64,000 bases of DNA from Ophelia neglecta. Lineage: Eukaryota. The notes beneath the pieces are model-generated. The model was not told the DNA's origin. It saw only the letters and a program-made list of their open reading frames with translations, and made no database searches. Below are positions 1-13,331 of the stretch, piece after piece (the stretch's first letter is position 1; every line of letters starts with the position of its first letter). Location of the stretch: contig OZ260663.1 in NCBI GenBank assembly GCA_965285935.1, positions 74,276,001 to 74,340,000 of the forward strand. Reading direction: 5' to 3'. The translations under genes were made by a program, and so were the position numbers.

Positions 1-40
1 ACCTACAGATGCAGTAAATGGTCTTTAAGGTGACATTTGT

Positions 41-191
41 ATGCAAATTCCAATATATACAAACTGATGTAGCATCAGCCAATATGACAGCATTCCTCGT
101 AGAACACATTTTGCCGGCCTGGAGCAACTGATTGTTCCATCATCTGTTTCAGGTAGCTCACCACTCGTTGAAAACGTGTCACAATTCAGTC
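41..191 (+). promoter_or_regulatory. Candidate Pol II promoter (octamer, CCAAT box, TCAGTC initiator)
   Basis: ATGCAAAT at 41-48, AGCCAAT at 77-83, Inr-like TCAGTC at 186-191. There are 9 CpGs in 98-350 versus 2 in 361-1000 (counted by eye). A GTAAGT donor follows at 280. Confidence 0.4.
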
Positions 192-279
192 AGAACTCGT
201 CTAACTCATTAGGAGCAACTTCCAGGCAAAAAACATTCGCTTGAAAAGAGTTATAGTCTGAAAGCTCTCTGAACTAAAA
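188..279 (+). other. Candidate non-coding first (or 5' UTR) exon
   Basis: Ends at AAAA|GTAAGT (280-285), followed by T-rich intron-like sequence; no ATG in 188-279. An alternative internal-exon reading uses the acceptor TGTTTCAG ending at 152, but all three frames of 153-279 contain stops. Confidence 0.4.
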
Positions 280-2458
280 GTAAGTCTATTTGATTTTCTT
301 TGACTCTCTTTTCTTTACCGGGATGGCTGAACGAAAGGGCAATATACCGTATAAGATATTGGCTCCCCCTACAGGATGCTTGTCTTATTATGGCTGTTAT
401 CTCCTTACATAAGGATATGTACTTTGTTTGAATTTATTTATAAACTGAATTGTTTTCAGTAAGCATATACAATGGAGTCCATACTGATACAATATCTATA
501 TGTGTATTATTTCAGGCATCTTATGCTAACTTATTCTTTTGCCTTTGTTGTAACTAGTACAAAATTTGTATTTATCTTTCTGCACTAGAAAAATAAAATT
601 TTAGAATACTGCTGAGTTCTGGTGCGATCAGACATTATATTCATGTTAGAGCTCAGCAGTAGTATGGCATTTCCTGTGTGTATGTTCTGACTCAGGTGGC
701 TGTGGCCATTAAATTGGGTACCTACACGTACAGAACACAGCACATAGATATTTTGTACATACAATGTAAAGGGTTTTATTATACACAAATCCCACCATTT
801 ACCTTAATATTGAAGATGTTGACTGCTATGATTGTTGTCTAGTTTATGTTTTGAAGGCCATTTGAAGGTTCTAATACTAAAATTTTTACAATGTTTTCCA
901 CATATATTTGGTGTTTGACTTTTTGTTGAACTCTGAAATTGCATGAAATTTATCCAATAATATGGCATTATTAAAGTATAAATCACACATGGGGACAGTT
1001 GGTACACAGCTTGTCTGACATTTGGTGGGTTAATGAACCATCAAGTCTCATCCCTGGTCTCAGCTGGCCCGGGATCCGGCCTAATCCTACCCACAACCTG
1101 CATAGCCCCACTCCTGTAATGAAATCAGACATTTCATTACATAAATAAATAGCAGCGCTAAGATATTGCTTTGTTGGGTGTCCACAGTGCACACCAGTGA
1201 TTTCTTTCATACAACAATATGAATATTTATAGAAATTGTTTCCATTTCATGAGGAGATCTATTCTTTTGCCTGGGAAAGCATCTGACTCTAAATCAGATT
1301 CTCTGCCTAATGGAACAGCAGTTGCTTCTTCCAATTAACTGAATTTCCATAGGATTTGACCATCTTCCCCTGGGAGATGGTCTACTCCCTTTTGATAATC
1401 CTACTGATGAGTGTAATAATTAAATGTATTCATTCCTAGTACCATCTATTGTTTTACATTTTAAAGCAAAAAAAAGAGTGAGAAGATAGTCTAATTCACT
1501 GTATTATATATATATTTTTTTATAGAGATATAGAGAGAGTGTTGGGTCTGGTTATGAAGGATTCCTTAACAATAATGCTTGTTTTGTCCATGTCCTCCTA
1601 CAATATACTTTCTGTGTATAAGATTGACAAATGCATTCTGCTGTAATATATTCCTGGATGAGTTTGACAGGGTTTGTAAATGCCCTGATTGATACTACAT
1701 GAATCTGTGCTACACTTCCACATTCCATCATGTCAGTGCTGAGACAGGAGCACATATCTGTCAGCTGTTTTGACATTGGTCACTTAACTCTGGTCACCTA
1801 TATCATCAGTTGTAATACGGGCCCTAGTGGTCAGCAGGTGTTCATCAAAGCCTTGGCGCTGACACTTCTTAGTTCACCGTCTGACCTGTCTGTGCAGCTA
1901 TTCACACCTCACTTTTAGCCTCTCTGGACTTCTCCTCTTGTTTACACATCTCATGACATAGTGGATGATGTGTGCTGGCCTTTGATTTATGACAAGCGCC
2001 AGTCTTTATTTGAGCTAACAGAAGTTGTACAGCAACCTTGATGTGTCCAGATGGCCAGTCCCATCTGGACAATATCAGGTTAGCCAACTTCCACTGCATT
2101 TTCATCAGCAGCATGCGTCTGGTGTGCAGCCTTGCGAGAAGCTCCAGATGCCGAAACATGTGTGCCATGGCCAATATAATTAATGCACTGTTGACGCCAG
2201 GACAGCTTGTCCTGTAACAATGGCCAGGGGCTGTGTTCAAAGACATGGAACCCAGACCGCCCCTGTTACTAAGGCAGCCCACGCACCTGGCCATACCTGG
2301 TAAGATCAAAGGAAAACAAACTTCCTGCTCTCTGTGTCCGTCTGCACTGTAAGTTGGTCCATTACAGGGTAACTTGAAGCTGTTAACAGCTTGCCTTTTA
2401 TGGGACTCTCCTAAATTGGGAGCAGGTATCAATTTTCATCAGTAAGACAGATGCTCTA

Positions 2459-2518
2459 TCATTGGCTGACAAATTAACACCTAGTTATGTGCTTCGATGC
2501 TCTCTTGTCAGCCAATGA
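2459..2518. repeat. 14-bp perfect inverted repeat, 32-nt spacer
   Basis: TCATTGGCTGACAA (2459-2472) and TTGTCAGCCAATGA (2505-2518). Confidence 0.85.
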
Positions 2519-5500
2519 CAACTCCTTTGAAAAGGCCACAGGTAATTTAACCTAATAATGACATAATGAGACAATTCGGCTCCTCCGGTTATGGTCCACC
2601 TATAATTCAATCAAGTGGACTGGCGTGTGGGACAGACAGTCTGTTCAGCATTACTGTGATTGTAGAACTCATTCTCTAATTAATAATGCATTAGTTGACA
2701 TTTGCAATGTATCACATACAAGATACTTAGACTTTTCAATGGGTGTCATTTGTGTGGTATTTACTAGGTTTCCTATGTTAAACATTTTACAGTTCCTGGA
2801 GTCAGTGTAACATTATGTGTGTAAAATGCATCCTTCATGTAATGATTGAGTAGGGGAAGATTCTGATCTCTTGTGTTTTGAGTTACAGAATTTCTCAAGC
2901 AGTTCCTCAGCTGTTGGCTGGAGCTCACCTAGTTTATATTAGTATTGATCCTTCTTCATTCCTATACATGGTGCCAGATGTATGGTAAACAATTTGCTTG
3001 GAAGTGTGAATTTGAAATGTACTAATTAATCTTGCATGAGCAGTTGAATTTGTATCTTTAGTTCCCTGGGGAGATAAGGTAATAAAGCCACAAGTATCCT
3101 GGGCATGACTTAGCCTGATTGCCTCAATTCTCCATTCATGGCCTCATCATCCTGCTGCATTTCTTCTGGCATTTATGCATTGCCAGTGACACATTCCAAT
3201 TTCACAGCCATGATCAGTTTTATTGATGATGATAATGAACAAGAATTTGATTGAGACACCGGGGATTTAGCCGTCTGCTTTCCTGGTTTCTTGTCCAGCT
3301 ATTAATGGCTTGCTTGGAAATAAATTCAAGAAGGGCTTAAGATTTTTAACAATCTAGATTTTAAGTGCACCTGGGGACAGGAGAGAAACCCATTTTACCA
3401 AAATGAAATTACAGCTCCTCACTCTTGAAGCTTATCATTATACCCGCTTGCTCGGCAATGAAAAAGGTAGTGAAAACGGCAGCATCTGATATTAAAAACT
3501 TTAGTGTCTTGCAGATTCTTGCAGCTGATGATTTCTTCAATTAGTGTTCATCCAGATGGGACCAACATTGAAGTCTGGAGGGTGTGGTAGGAGGCATATT
3601 GTTATGGAGTTATTTGGATTTGCCGTCTGCCTATGCCCATCCCTCTAGTGACCTAATTTAACAACTGTGTAGTTTCATTGGGTTCGTTTTGTTCTATTCC
3701 CATGATGCTATGTGGGCAGATGTGCCTCATTGAGCCGGTGAGCTGTTTCAATTGAGTTGTCCATGGCACAGCTGACTCCATGAGCGGTGGCCTCTTCTGT
3801 TCATTTTGGAGGAAGAAAAATTAATAATATAAAGGCACAGTGATATTGGCAAAGATAGTTTTAAGCCACATGTGTGCTGTCAGCTGTTTCCATAAACTAG
3901 TCCGTATTTGTATATCTGTTAAAATAATGAAATGGTTTGGAAGCAACATATGTCAGATACATATTGTTTAATGAGGACAGCTTGCAATGTGATGCAAAAT
4001 ATGTACTAATATTCGATTGAACATTTGATTATCGAACTTGTAAGTAAATATTTTAAATATTGGTTTGACATATGTATGCACACATGTGCCAATGTTGCCA
4101 TTAGGCCTGAGTTCATTAGAATACACCTTAAACATGTTAAATCTGCACCTATTTTATTTAAATTAAAAGAAGGGACATAAACCTTTATATTCTTCTGAAA
4201 GTAAATCAGAATAAAACACAGTCTAATTCTGAACAGTTTATTTGATGAAAGAGCCCTTTAAGGTTTTGATAACAAGTTTGTGACAGAAAAGGTTTGTGAT
4301 GGGACAATTGTACAATATTTACAAGAGTCCTGAAATGTATATGATAAGTGAACTGCACAAATGTTGCCAGATAATAGGTTATTACGAATGACAGCTTGCT
4401 ATCTGTGTAAGCTTTAAGGTTTGGCTGCTCATTCAAATGTGTTTCTTATTCTGAAGTTTCCATCATTGATTTGCCTAAATTTAACTTTCCTCATTCTTTC
4501 CAATCATTTCTTTCCTATGCTCACCTAATAAGGATACACGTAATTTAGTCCATGCTTAAGCAGAAACATTAAAGCAGTTTATTCCTAAAACATTGGTGTT
4601 CACCCAACTAGAAAATTTGCTAATTTGAAATGGATGCCTGATAGTTTATGGATTAATTGCCTCTGTTCTTTGCTAGCATGTTTTCCTTGTAAACTGACCA
4701 TTTAGCCCAATTTATTTTTAAAACATGGATTGATTATATATAAAAAGGCCACTGAAAATCAGGAAATGTTAAGGGGAATTATTACTTTCAGTTGCTAGTT
4801 AGAGGAGTACAGCAATCATATGATTTCTTTGTGAAGATCTCACGATAATTCTAATTAAATGATGACTTATTTACATAAAAAACTTTCCTTGTTGTAGTTT
4901 GTGCGAAGCTAACCAATTTTCTACAGAAGAAACCTAAATGATACTATTCTTTAAGGCGACCATTATACATATATTGTATTCAATCCAAATGAAACTTTTG
5001 TTAAGTGATAAGAATAATCACACATTGACCTGATTCAAATTTTGAAAAATATAATTGAAATAACTACTTAGCAAGAGGATTTGCCAATATTTGATCTAGC
5101 TATTGCTGGCCACTGGACTGCTTTCTCTACAACTCAGTTTTGTAGTGCTTGAGATGACAAACACTCCTCTTCTTCCAGATTACCAGGAAACCTTCACTCT
5201 TTCTCTTCCTCTCACTTCTTCTCTGACACAGCAACCTTCTTGGCCTTTGGTGTCATTCCTCAAAACAGGTCTTTCGTACATGATCCATCTTACAGAGATG
5301 GCCTTTATCTCTTATGCTTCACATTTACTAACCAGTCTTTTTCCTGTCCTTTCCAACTGATCAGCGACTTGGTAATTAGGAAACACTGATTAGATGTAGA
5401 AGACTGGCAGTGTATGGTTATCTACATGTCATCATCGTGCTCCGAATAATTGCTGAAGGCCTCCTTAAATCTTGTCTTCTGACATTTTGGATTTCTGGCC

Positions 5501-7183
5501 AGGTGACATTGCCCATCACTTTTGAGGGAAAGAGCCGTAATCAATTGTCCTTTGAGTTGAGTGGGGAAGGAAACTGTTGACAGCATTGTTAAAAAGAGGC
5601 TTTTCTGTTTAAAAGGGACATTGGGATTACAGGACTACTCCCAGAGTATGCCCAGGATAATTTGTCATGGAAATGTAACTGTCTGTACTTTGTACAGAGC
5701 TAATACATCCTTTAAACTTTATTCCTAATAGAAATTGGCACTTGCAAATAATTTACTTAGATTTAGTTTTATCCAGGGGTGACAAGAAATAGGTTAAAAT
5801 GTTTTTCAAAGAAGCAAAAACTGGCAACAAAAAGACTCCTGTAGTTCTTGCATTAGATGCTCAGATAATGATTAAAACTTGAATGACACCTTCTGATATT
5901 TTTACTATTAGTCTATCTCCAAACTAGAATTTTGTTTCTCACACAGACACATGCTCAGAGTAGAACAGTACTCCCACAACCTATTCTCAATAAAGACTCA
6001 AACAAATATATTTATACAGGGAAGTGATAAATGATACCTGTAATATGATAAATAATGGATACTAGTTTTTAATTCTGAAGTTGAGAAGACTTGACTTACA
6101 ATGGAAGTAGTGTGATTTGCCACAGCTTAATCTCAAGTTAGGCCTGAAGTAACAATAGTAGGAGAGGTGTTTATGTTTGGAGGGAGAATGCGTTTATTAG
6201 TAAGACAAGGGAGGGTAGTCTTTGTTGTCACAGTTAATACTCCCCAGACTGACAGTACCATAATCACAGAGAGGTTTCTGCAGTTGTTCAACTTAGATTG
6301 AGTGGAATGACTTGAAGTGGATTTTTGTGAGAATGTCTCCTTTGCTGCTAGTGCCCAGCCTATCAAGATTATGCTTTTTGTGAGGCCCTGCCACGTAAAA
6401 GCTTTTTACTTCTTTCTATGTGGAGGGGTAAAAGCACAACACTTGACTATCAGCATCCTTGGTTATATAAGGCATAATTGCCAAAGACTGGTGAAAGATT
6501 GGCTGAATTAATGAAAGTGGAAAATACAAAGGTTGTGTACAGTCACAACCTCAGAATGTTTTATGATATAATGAGTGGACCTGGTCTGTTTCTTGATTAT
6601 ATTTGGCCTGAAATGTACATCCAATGACATAATTTACTCCGACCATTAAAGCCTTTTTAAGTACATGTCTGGGTAAGTTTAAACTGCCCTTTAACAGTTT
6701 GCATTTATGTTATCTTCTAATGTATTCCAAATTTGTAATTTCAATCTGAGTGGTGAGCAAAAAAGCTTCAATGTACTGAGCCTTTCAAATAAATTTACAA
6801 GTGCATGTGCCTCTGCGTTAAGTAAAAATAGCATCGGGACTCGTGTCGCACCATGTTGCTAAACTATGCGAGTTGTATTAAAGTGCATATCACAGCGCTT
6901 GTTGGTGTCTGTGCTGCTGTCACCTGGATTGAAGAATAATTTCATTGATTTAAGATTACAAAACAAACGCAAACAGTTTGAATTTTTTCAACAAATGCTG
7001 TATCATCGGGGAAAAAACTTAGTGCTTGACTGAAAAAAAGTCTTGAGTTGGTTTCTTATCTGTCAAGACGGGCGATCTTTTCCAGAGGCAGCAAAGTGCT
7101 ACTGTGGGCCCCCACCCAGCAAAAAATGTGAAAATCATCAGATTGTTTATGGGATTGTTTAGTGTCGTTTTGAGGGTTGTCGT

Positions 7184-7249
7184 GTTGGTTTGTGTCTCGG
7201 GCGTCTGGCCCAGGACTGCTGGAGCCTCCAGTGACTGACACAAACCAGC
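7184..7249. repeat. Inverted repeat enclosing two small hairpins
   Basis: TGGTTTGTGTC (7186-7196) pairs with GACACAAACCA (7237-7247). Inside are GGGC..GCCC and CTGGA..TCCAG. Confidence 0.7.
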
Positions 7250-8543
7250 CGTCTGCTCTGCTGCTCCCACACACCACTGATAACCATACACCTCCTCATT
7301 ATGAGTCTCATTTCTCAAGTCTTCACAGATATTGTTGTTTAAAGCCAGTCATTTAATGGAACACTGCTTTAACATTACTTGGATCTCATGATGATTTAGA
7401 AACCAATATATCTTCTGAACTCACACCAGTCATATCAATTTTAAACAGTATTCATGCGATTTTTACCAAATAGATCATATTTTGCCCAGATGGGGTAAAT
7501 AGTCATGAGTTAAAGAAGTTTGTCAGTTTATTGGGAAGCAGATTTTGTGAGTTTTTTTTTCACATTTTAGTCAGGTTTATGTTACTGGTTGTAATGGACA
7601 CCTGTTGACGCTCTCTTAGCAGTGATGGATGGTGAACAGTTGATGTAGAGTTTCCAGCCTTTCTGTTAAGTGTTTATCAGATGTCTTTACAGTGACAATA
7701 CAATGTGTCTAGTTTTACCATCTATATAAGACTGAGCCTAAAGGGGTGTTGTCTTAAACATTTTCCATGACACTGGCAGCTCGTATTGGCTCTCTAATTA
7801 CCTAGCCAAGCATTTGAGCCAATTTCAGGGGTTACAAATAGTATATATAATATTGGAGTTTTTAATATGTATCAGGCTGCGGCTGCTGCTAACTTGATTC
7901 ATGATGACCTCAGTATGTAAGGAGGTCCAAAACAGTTTACATATATTTCTGAAATGGGCAGTGCAACGAAAATCAGTGAGTGAAAGATGACAGATGATTG
8001 TGATCAGATAGTTTGAATTTGCTATGGTGAAGTGCTCAAGTAAGAGTCACTGGATAAGGCTAGGTAGGAGTCGATGGTTCTAAAAGAAGTTTTAAATAAG
8101 TATGGCAAGAGAAATTACCAATTGATAAATAAACGTGTACAATTTTATAAACTATATATTGAACTTGACTCTCTAGAGCCATATTAATCATAAAAATTGA
8201 AAGTAGCATCATACAGTATAGATATAGACCTGTATTTCTCAGTGTTCTTTTTACATATATCGGTATATACATTTGGCCATTATGTATAACGCTGTAGTTT
8301 CATTTGACATTTATCCATAAGTTTCAAGGGAATTGTTTATAGCAATAATTTATTATGAAAGTTAATGACTCCAGAGAACAGGTGCATCAGAGAGGTTTTG
8401 TAAACATTTCCATATTGACTCTAAGGGTTGTGATTTGGATGTTAGGTCCGGAAGGAAGTCCAGGTGCAGTTAGATGGAATGCTCCCTGGGGGAGGGGGAT
8501 GGTCATGCCTTGGCTGCAGGACAAGAGGACAGCTGCTGGAATG

Positions 8544-8816
8544 AGGGGAGGGGGGGGGGGGGGGCTCCGCACACACCTGACACTAGTGACTGTGTACTGT
8601 CATGGAACTACACAAAGACAAGGGGAGGGGAGCAGGGGGGGGATGGAGGGGGGTGGGGGGCTCGCACACACCTAAGACTAGTGACTCTGTACTGCCATGG
8701 AACTACACTATGGGGAGGAGAGGCGAGGAGAGTGGGGGGGGGGGGAGGGTGGAAGGGGGAGGGGCAGCTCCACACACAGGTGAGCCTACTGACTGTGCAC
8801 TGCCATGTACTTCACA
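8544..8816. repeat. Three copies of a ~50-bp core separated by variable poly-G-rich spacers (period ~95-105 bp)
   Basis: Core GCTC..CACACACCTgAcACTAGTGACTgTGTACTGyCATGGAACTACAC at ~8564, ~8660 and (diverged) ~8767. The intervening tracts are almost entirely G/A runs. Confidence 0.85.
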
Positions 8817-8824
8817 ACGGCCAA

Positions 8825-8868
8825 AGGTCTTTTCCCTATTCTCAGCAGGTCTTTTCCCTATTCTCAGC
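8825..8868. repeat. 22-bp perfect tandem duplication
   Basis: AGGTCTTTTCCCTATTCTCAGC x2. Confidence 0.95.
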
Positions 8869-11800
8869 AATTAAATGGACTTTTTCTTTATTTAGGGAAC
8901 AACCCAATTTTTTTCTCCAAAATGGTTGACAAATTTTAATTTCTTAATGTTGCATGACACAAACAAGACCTTTTATCTGTACATGTATCAGTGGGTTGAC
9001 CCAAATCATCACGAAGCCCATGGCCTGTTTTCAATTTTTACGTTTTTATACCTGAAACTGCTCAGATATACAGGTACGTGTACCTCTGAACAGGTTATGA
9101 TCTTTTTTTACCGTTTTACAAATATTAATTTACCTTAAATTCCACTAATTACAAACACATTATTTGGATATTGTACACTAAGTTATGACTGATTTGTATG
9201 ACTAATAAACATTATTATGATTTCAGTTATGGTTTTTAATTTTCGTGCAAAATTATCATGTAAGGCTAAGCATGTTTTTGTTTTTTTTTTGTATTGGATT
9301 ATTGATTATTGCAATACATGTACTTTCTTCTATGGTTTTCAAAACTAATAAATGTATCTAGATGTATATATATATCTAGATGTATATATAACTCAGCATT
9401 CAGCATAACAGCTGTTTGCAAATCATCAAAATAATGGACTAATCTTGTATTTTAGCCACCAGGTCTGATTTGTCCAAAACAACAGTAAAATTGCCTCCTT
9501 TTTGAAATATGAATAGAGTGATTATAATGTAATTATAATACATCAGTATTGGGTATAAGTATCATCACTCTGTTGGGACTGGATATCTACATTTATTATA
9601 TGCTTGTTACATGCTTGTTTCAGTTTCTGTTATTCTATTACAACCCAAAACTTGTTATACCTTTGAATTTAAATATTGGTCAAACTCATTCCCATTCTTG
9701 CATAGTAACTTAGCATTACAAGAATATTATCCACCCCCCCCCTCCCCCCCCCCCCGGAGTATAGTGGGGAGTATTGATTGTTCTTCACTGGGCAGGTGTT
9801 CAAGGTCAATAATCTGCAGATGTCTACAAAAAACTGCTAATTGTATAATTAAGAAATCTCCTTGACAAGAATAAAAAAATCTGCTGATTAGCATCCTGTG
9901 AGTTTAATTATTCACGTCCACATTTCAATTCCACATTGATCTCAGTTCTCTGATGTTATGTAACTTATTAATGATGACTTCTATATTCTATAACAGCCAT
10001 ATTTTGGAGCCGAGTTCAAATGAAAGCACTCTTCCTTGTGAGGTATAAAAGAAGCTCCCTAGAGCTAGTTGAGGCCTTCAAGAAATGGCCATCCCTAGTA
10101 AGTTTGAAGACTAACATGGCTAGTCCATTAACTTAATACTCACATATGGGGCAGCCAGCACATTTACATGCGGTGCTCACATCAAAAGCACCTCTAGGGA
10201 AATTATCTGTTAATGTAACGGCCCCATTGTCTTAAGCTATGTAATGTTTCTGTTAGTTTTTCCTCTAAGCGTCCATCCCTGTGCTTTATGACCCCCCCTG
10301 AGTCTGAATTCTCTAAAAGCCACCAGCCTGAATGTGTCATTTTGAGCCAGCCCACAGTACATATAATGTCAAAGAGGCTTGTTTGTGAGTCTCAGTTGTA
10401 GGGCTGGCCAAAAATAATCAGGATGTTGAAGTGGTTTGCATTAGTGTCTTACTCAAATATGTCCAATCAATGAAGTTTGTACTAATTTTGCATTGAGTAA
10501 GTTGGTTGTGGAGGCAAACTTTGAGATTTAGTCAAGAGTGGTGCAGGTGTTCTGTCTGATTACATCATTTCTCTCTTTTCATTGATAATTAACTTTCTCA
10601 GATACGGATTAAGTGTAACTGTTGAGAGATTATGGAGGTGCTTGTTTAGGCGCCATTGGTATTCAGTGTTAGTGCCAATGTTTGTTAACTAACGACTTGG
10701 AATACGATTGTCATGTTGTGGGATGGGCTGCCTTGAATGGACAAACAAATAGCATGTCTGAGTGAGGCTATAAAACATGATGATATATCTCTGGCAGTTC
10801 ACATCCAATCTGGCACAGGATTCACTCCTCTCAATCCTCGTAGATGTTCCCTTAATCAGAACATTGACAATTTATCTGGCAGGGAAATTAAATAAGCTGA
10901 GAACTCACAGCCAATGAAGGTGTAGATTCTTCTTATCTACCAACTGTTTCATTGATTTCTTCCAAATGAAAATTGTTTAAACATTTTTCAGGGTAAACCC
11001 CCAAAGTTCTCAAAAGGCTTCTCACATAATTAAAAGAAGTCTTTTTTCTTATATCTGTTTATCTAAAAAAAATTTCTATATTTCCCCCAAAGTAAAATAT
11101 CTTTACATGTACTTGTACATATATATTTCATTTTTCATAATATATTTTAGTATTATTTATATAGATATTTGAGTTTAGTGGAGCACCAATGGAGACTGTT
11201 CAACCTTTCACAGTAAGCCTTACACTCTTAATGAATGGTACAAGCATGTAGTTTATTTTACACAATAACTATTGTGTAATGTCGTTGGCTGCCAGTGGTG
11301 TTCCAATAAGCCATGGACCCTAGGCACCTATGTCCAATGGGTTCAGTCCTAAGATTTTGCTGCAACTTTACCTCTCTTGTGTGTTATTTATTTGTTGCCC
11401 TTTGAATTATTGCCACATATAACTTTCAAAGATCCCTGCTCATCATCATTATCTTCAGTATTATATGGATTGCCTGATTCTTATGATTCCATAAATTGTT
11501 TTTATGAAGATAGCCTAAAGGACTGAGCTAGTCACCTGCACAGACAGCGCCTTCACTGCAGCTTTTATAGTAGATTATACTGGGCACAGAACAGGTGAAC
11601 CTAAGGTGACTGAGGCCCCCAGATAAATGATCCTCACGCTGCCCTGGCATGCAGCATGCCATCTTGTACAAGTCATAAATTTCCTTAGGTTATGATTTAT
11701 TCATGCCTCTCAGAGGGCTACATGACTCCACCTTTGCTTGGCAGTCCTTTCTTCCCTCACAAGTTACCTGTTCGCATGCCAATTAGCAATAGATGTCCCC

Positions 11801-13331
11801 CTTAACATCATTAGTTTTACACAATTTACGATTTTCCGTGGCTTGAACTGGCAAGTGAGCCTTGCAGGGATATCTCCTCGGGTTTGTAGTTGGTGAAGGG
11901 TGGTTTCACAGTGGTGATGTTAGGGCCATGTTCTCTGTAGTTATGTTCAATGAAGAGCAAGCCAGTTCATGCCTTAAGCTATATATGCGTTGGTCAGTGG
12001 AGTCTTTGACCCATTGTCTTGGCCATATTAAGCATAATGACTCATTCAACATTTCCTGACTTTTTGTATTCCTTGTCCAAAATGTCTATATAGTCTATAG
12101 TGTCTGCTTTACTGATCATCTGTGAATATAGCCAGTCCTTCTAGTTGAAACTGGCAAACATATAAATGTTAAATTTTATAGGGTAATATATGGGAATTAT
12201 GGAAAACCTTTCCATTTGATGCCAAACATCTTTATTTACTTCCAGCCATTTATATATAATGAGGACAAGGGTACATGATGTCCTTTGCCTTTTACTACCC
12301 AATTATTGGAGAAGCATATGTGTTTATTCATTAATAATAATTAGAGTGGTATTCCTGTATTATAATATTGCTGCTGTCAGTGATATTGGAGGCTTGCAGC
12401 CAGCAGCAGACCGCTGCTAGCCAGCCTTTCCTTGTTCTCAGTGGTAACCATATGGCCATTGGTGCCATCAAATTGTTTCTTTCTACTTTTATCTACTATG
12501 CCAGACGCTTGATCAAGGTATAACAATGTTGCACAAGCCAGTGAGTGATGAATAATAAGCAAGATTTTGGTGGTGTCTTGTTATGGAGCTAATCAGATGA
12601 CCACAGGTGGCTGGAGAGAAAATGATAAGCCTCAGATGTGCAGGTGCTGTGGGAGCCGAACTCTGACAGCAATGAGCGCAAGTGGCAGCTGAACTCAACC
12701 AGTGGCGCTGCATTTGTCACAATAGGCAATCATGTTCAGGCCTCCACAGCCCTCAGCTTGGTCATCTTTTGGCAAAGTTGTTGCAAGCAGATTAGGACAA
12801 ATGGGTCTTCTGTTACCTTCTGCTCTCTTGAATGTGGTTGTACAATGAAGGTGTTTTAGGATGTACATGTAGGTGCTACTGCCATTGCATATATCCTGTG
12901 TTACAAGCAGAGGCCATGACTAGAATTTTCAAACATGAATTAGTAGCCAGGTCTATGTTTTATGTATGTTTATATGTCATGAAGAATTCTGACCTTGTTT
13001 ACTAGAGAAGGCTAGCAGATGTGACCCTCTAATGGGATACTGTCTCTTATCATAGTTATGATGATTCTATACCAATGCAGAACATGAAACATTAACAAAT
13101 TTTAAACAATGACTACATTTTTGCAAAGATTATCTGCTCATGGCCCTGGATCACAGTATGGCTGTTGTTGATGAGATGGAAGATAACTGGATGCTAGGTA
13201 CATAATCATGTGTTAATATGGCAGCAAGTTCTAAAGTTTTGAGAATAAATATAGAATCCCCCCCCCCCCCCCCCTCTGTTCTCCATACTGGTCAGTATGT
13301 TGTGTCAGGACAAGTGATCCATACCAGTCAA

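Noticed and set aside
1902-2432. Longest ORF (176 aa, minus strand)
   Set aside because: Non-ATG start, no recognisable domain, no convincing splice boundaries; length is compatible with chance in a GC-richer patch.
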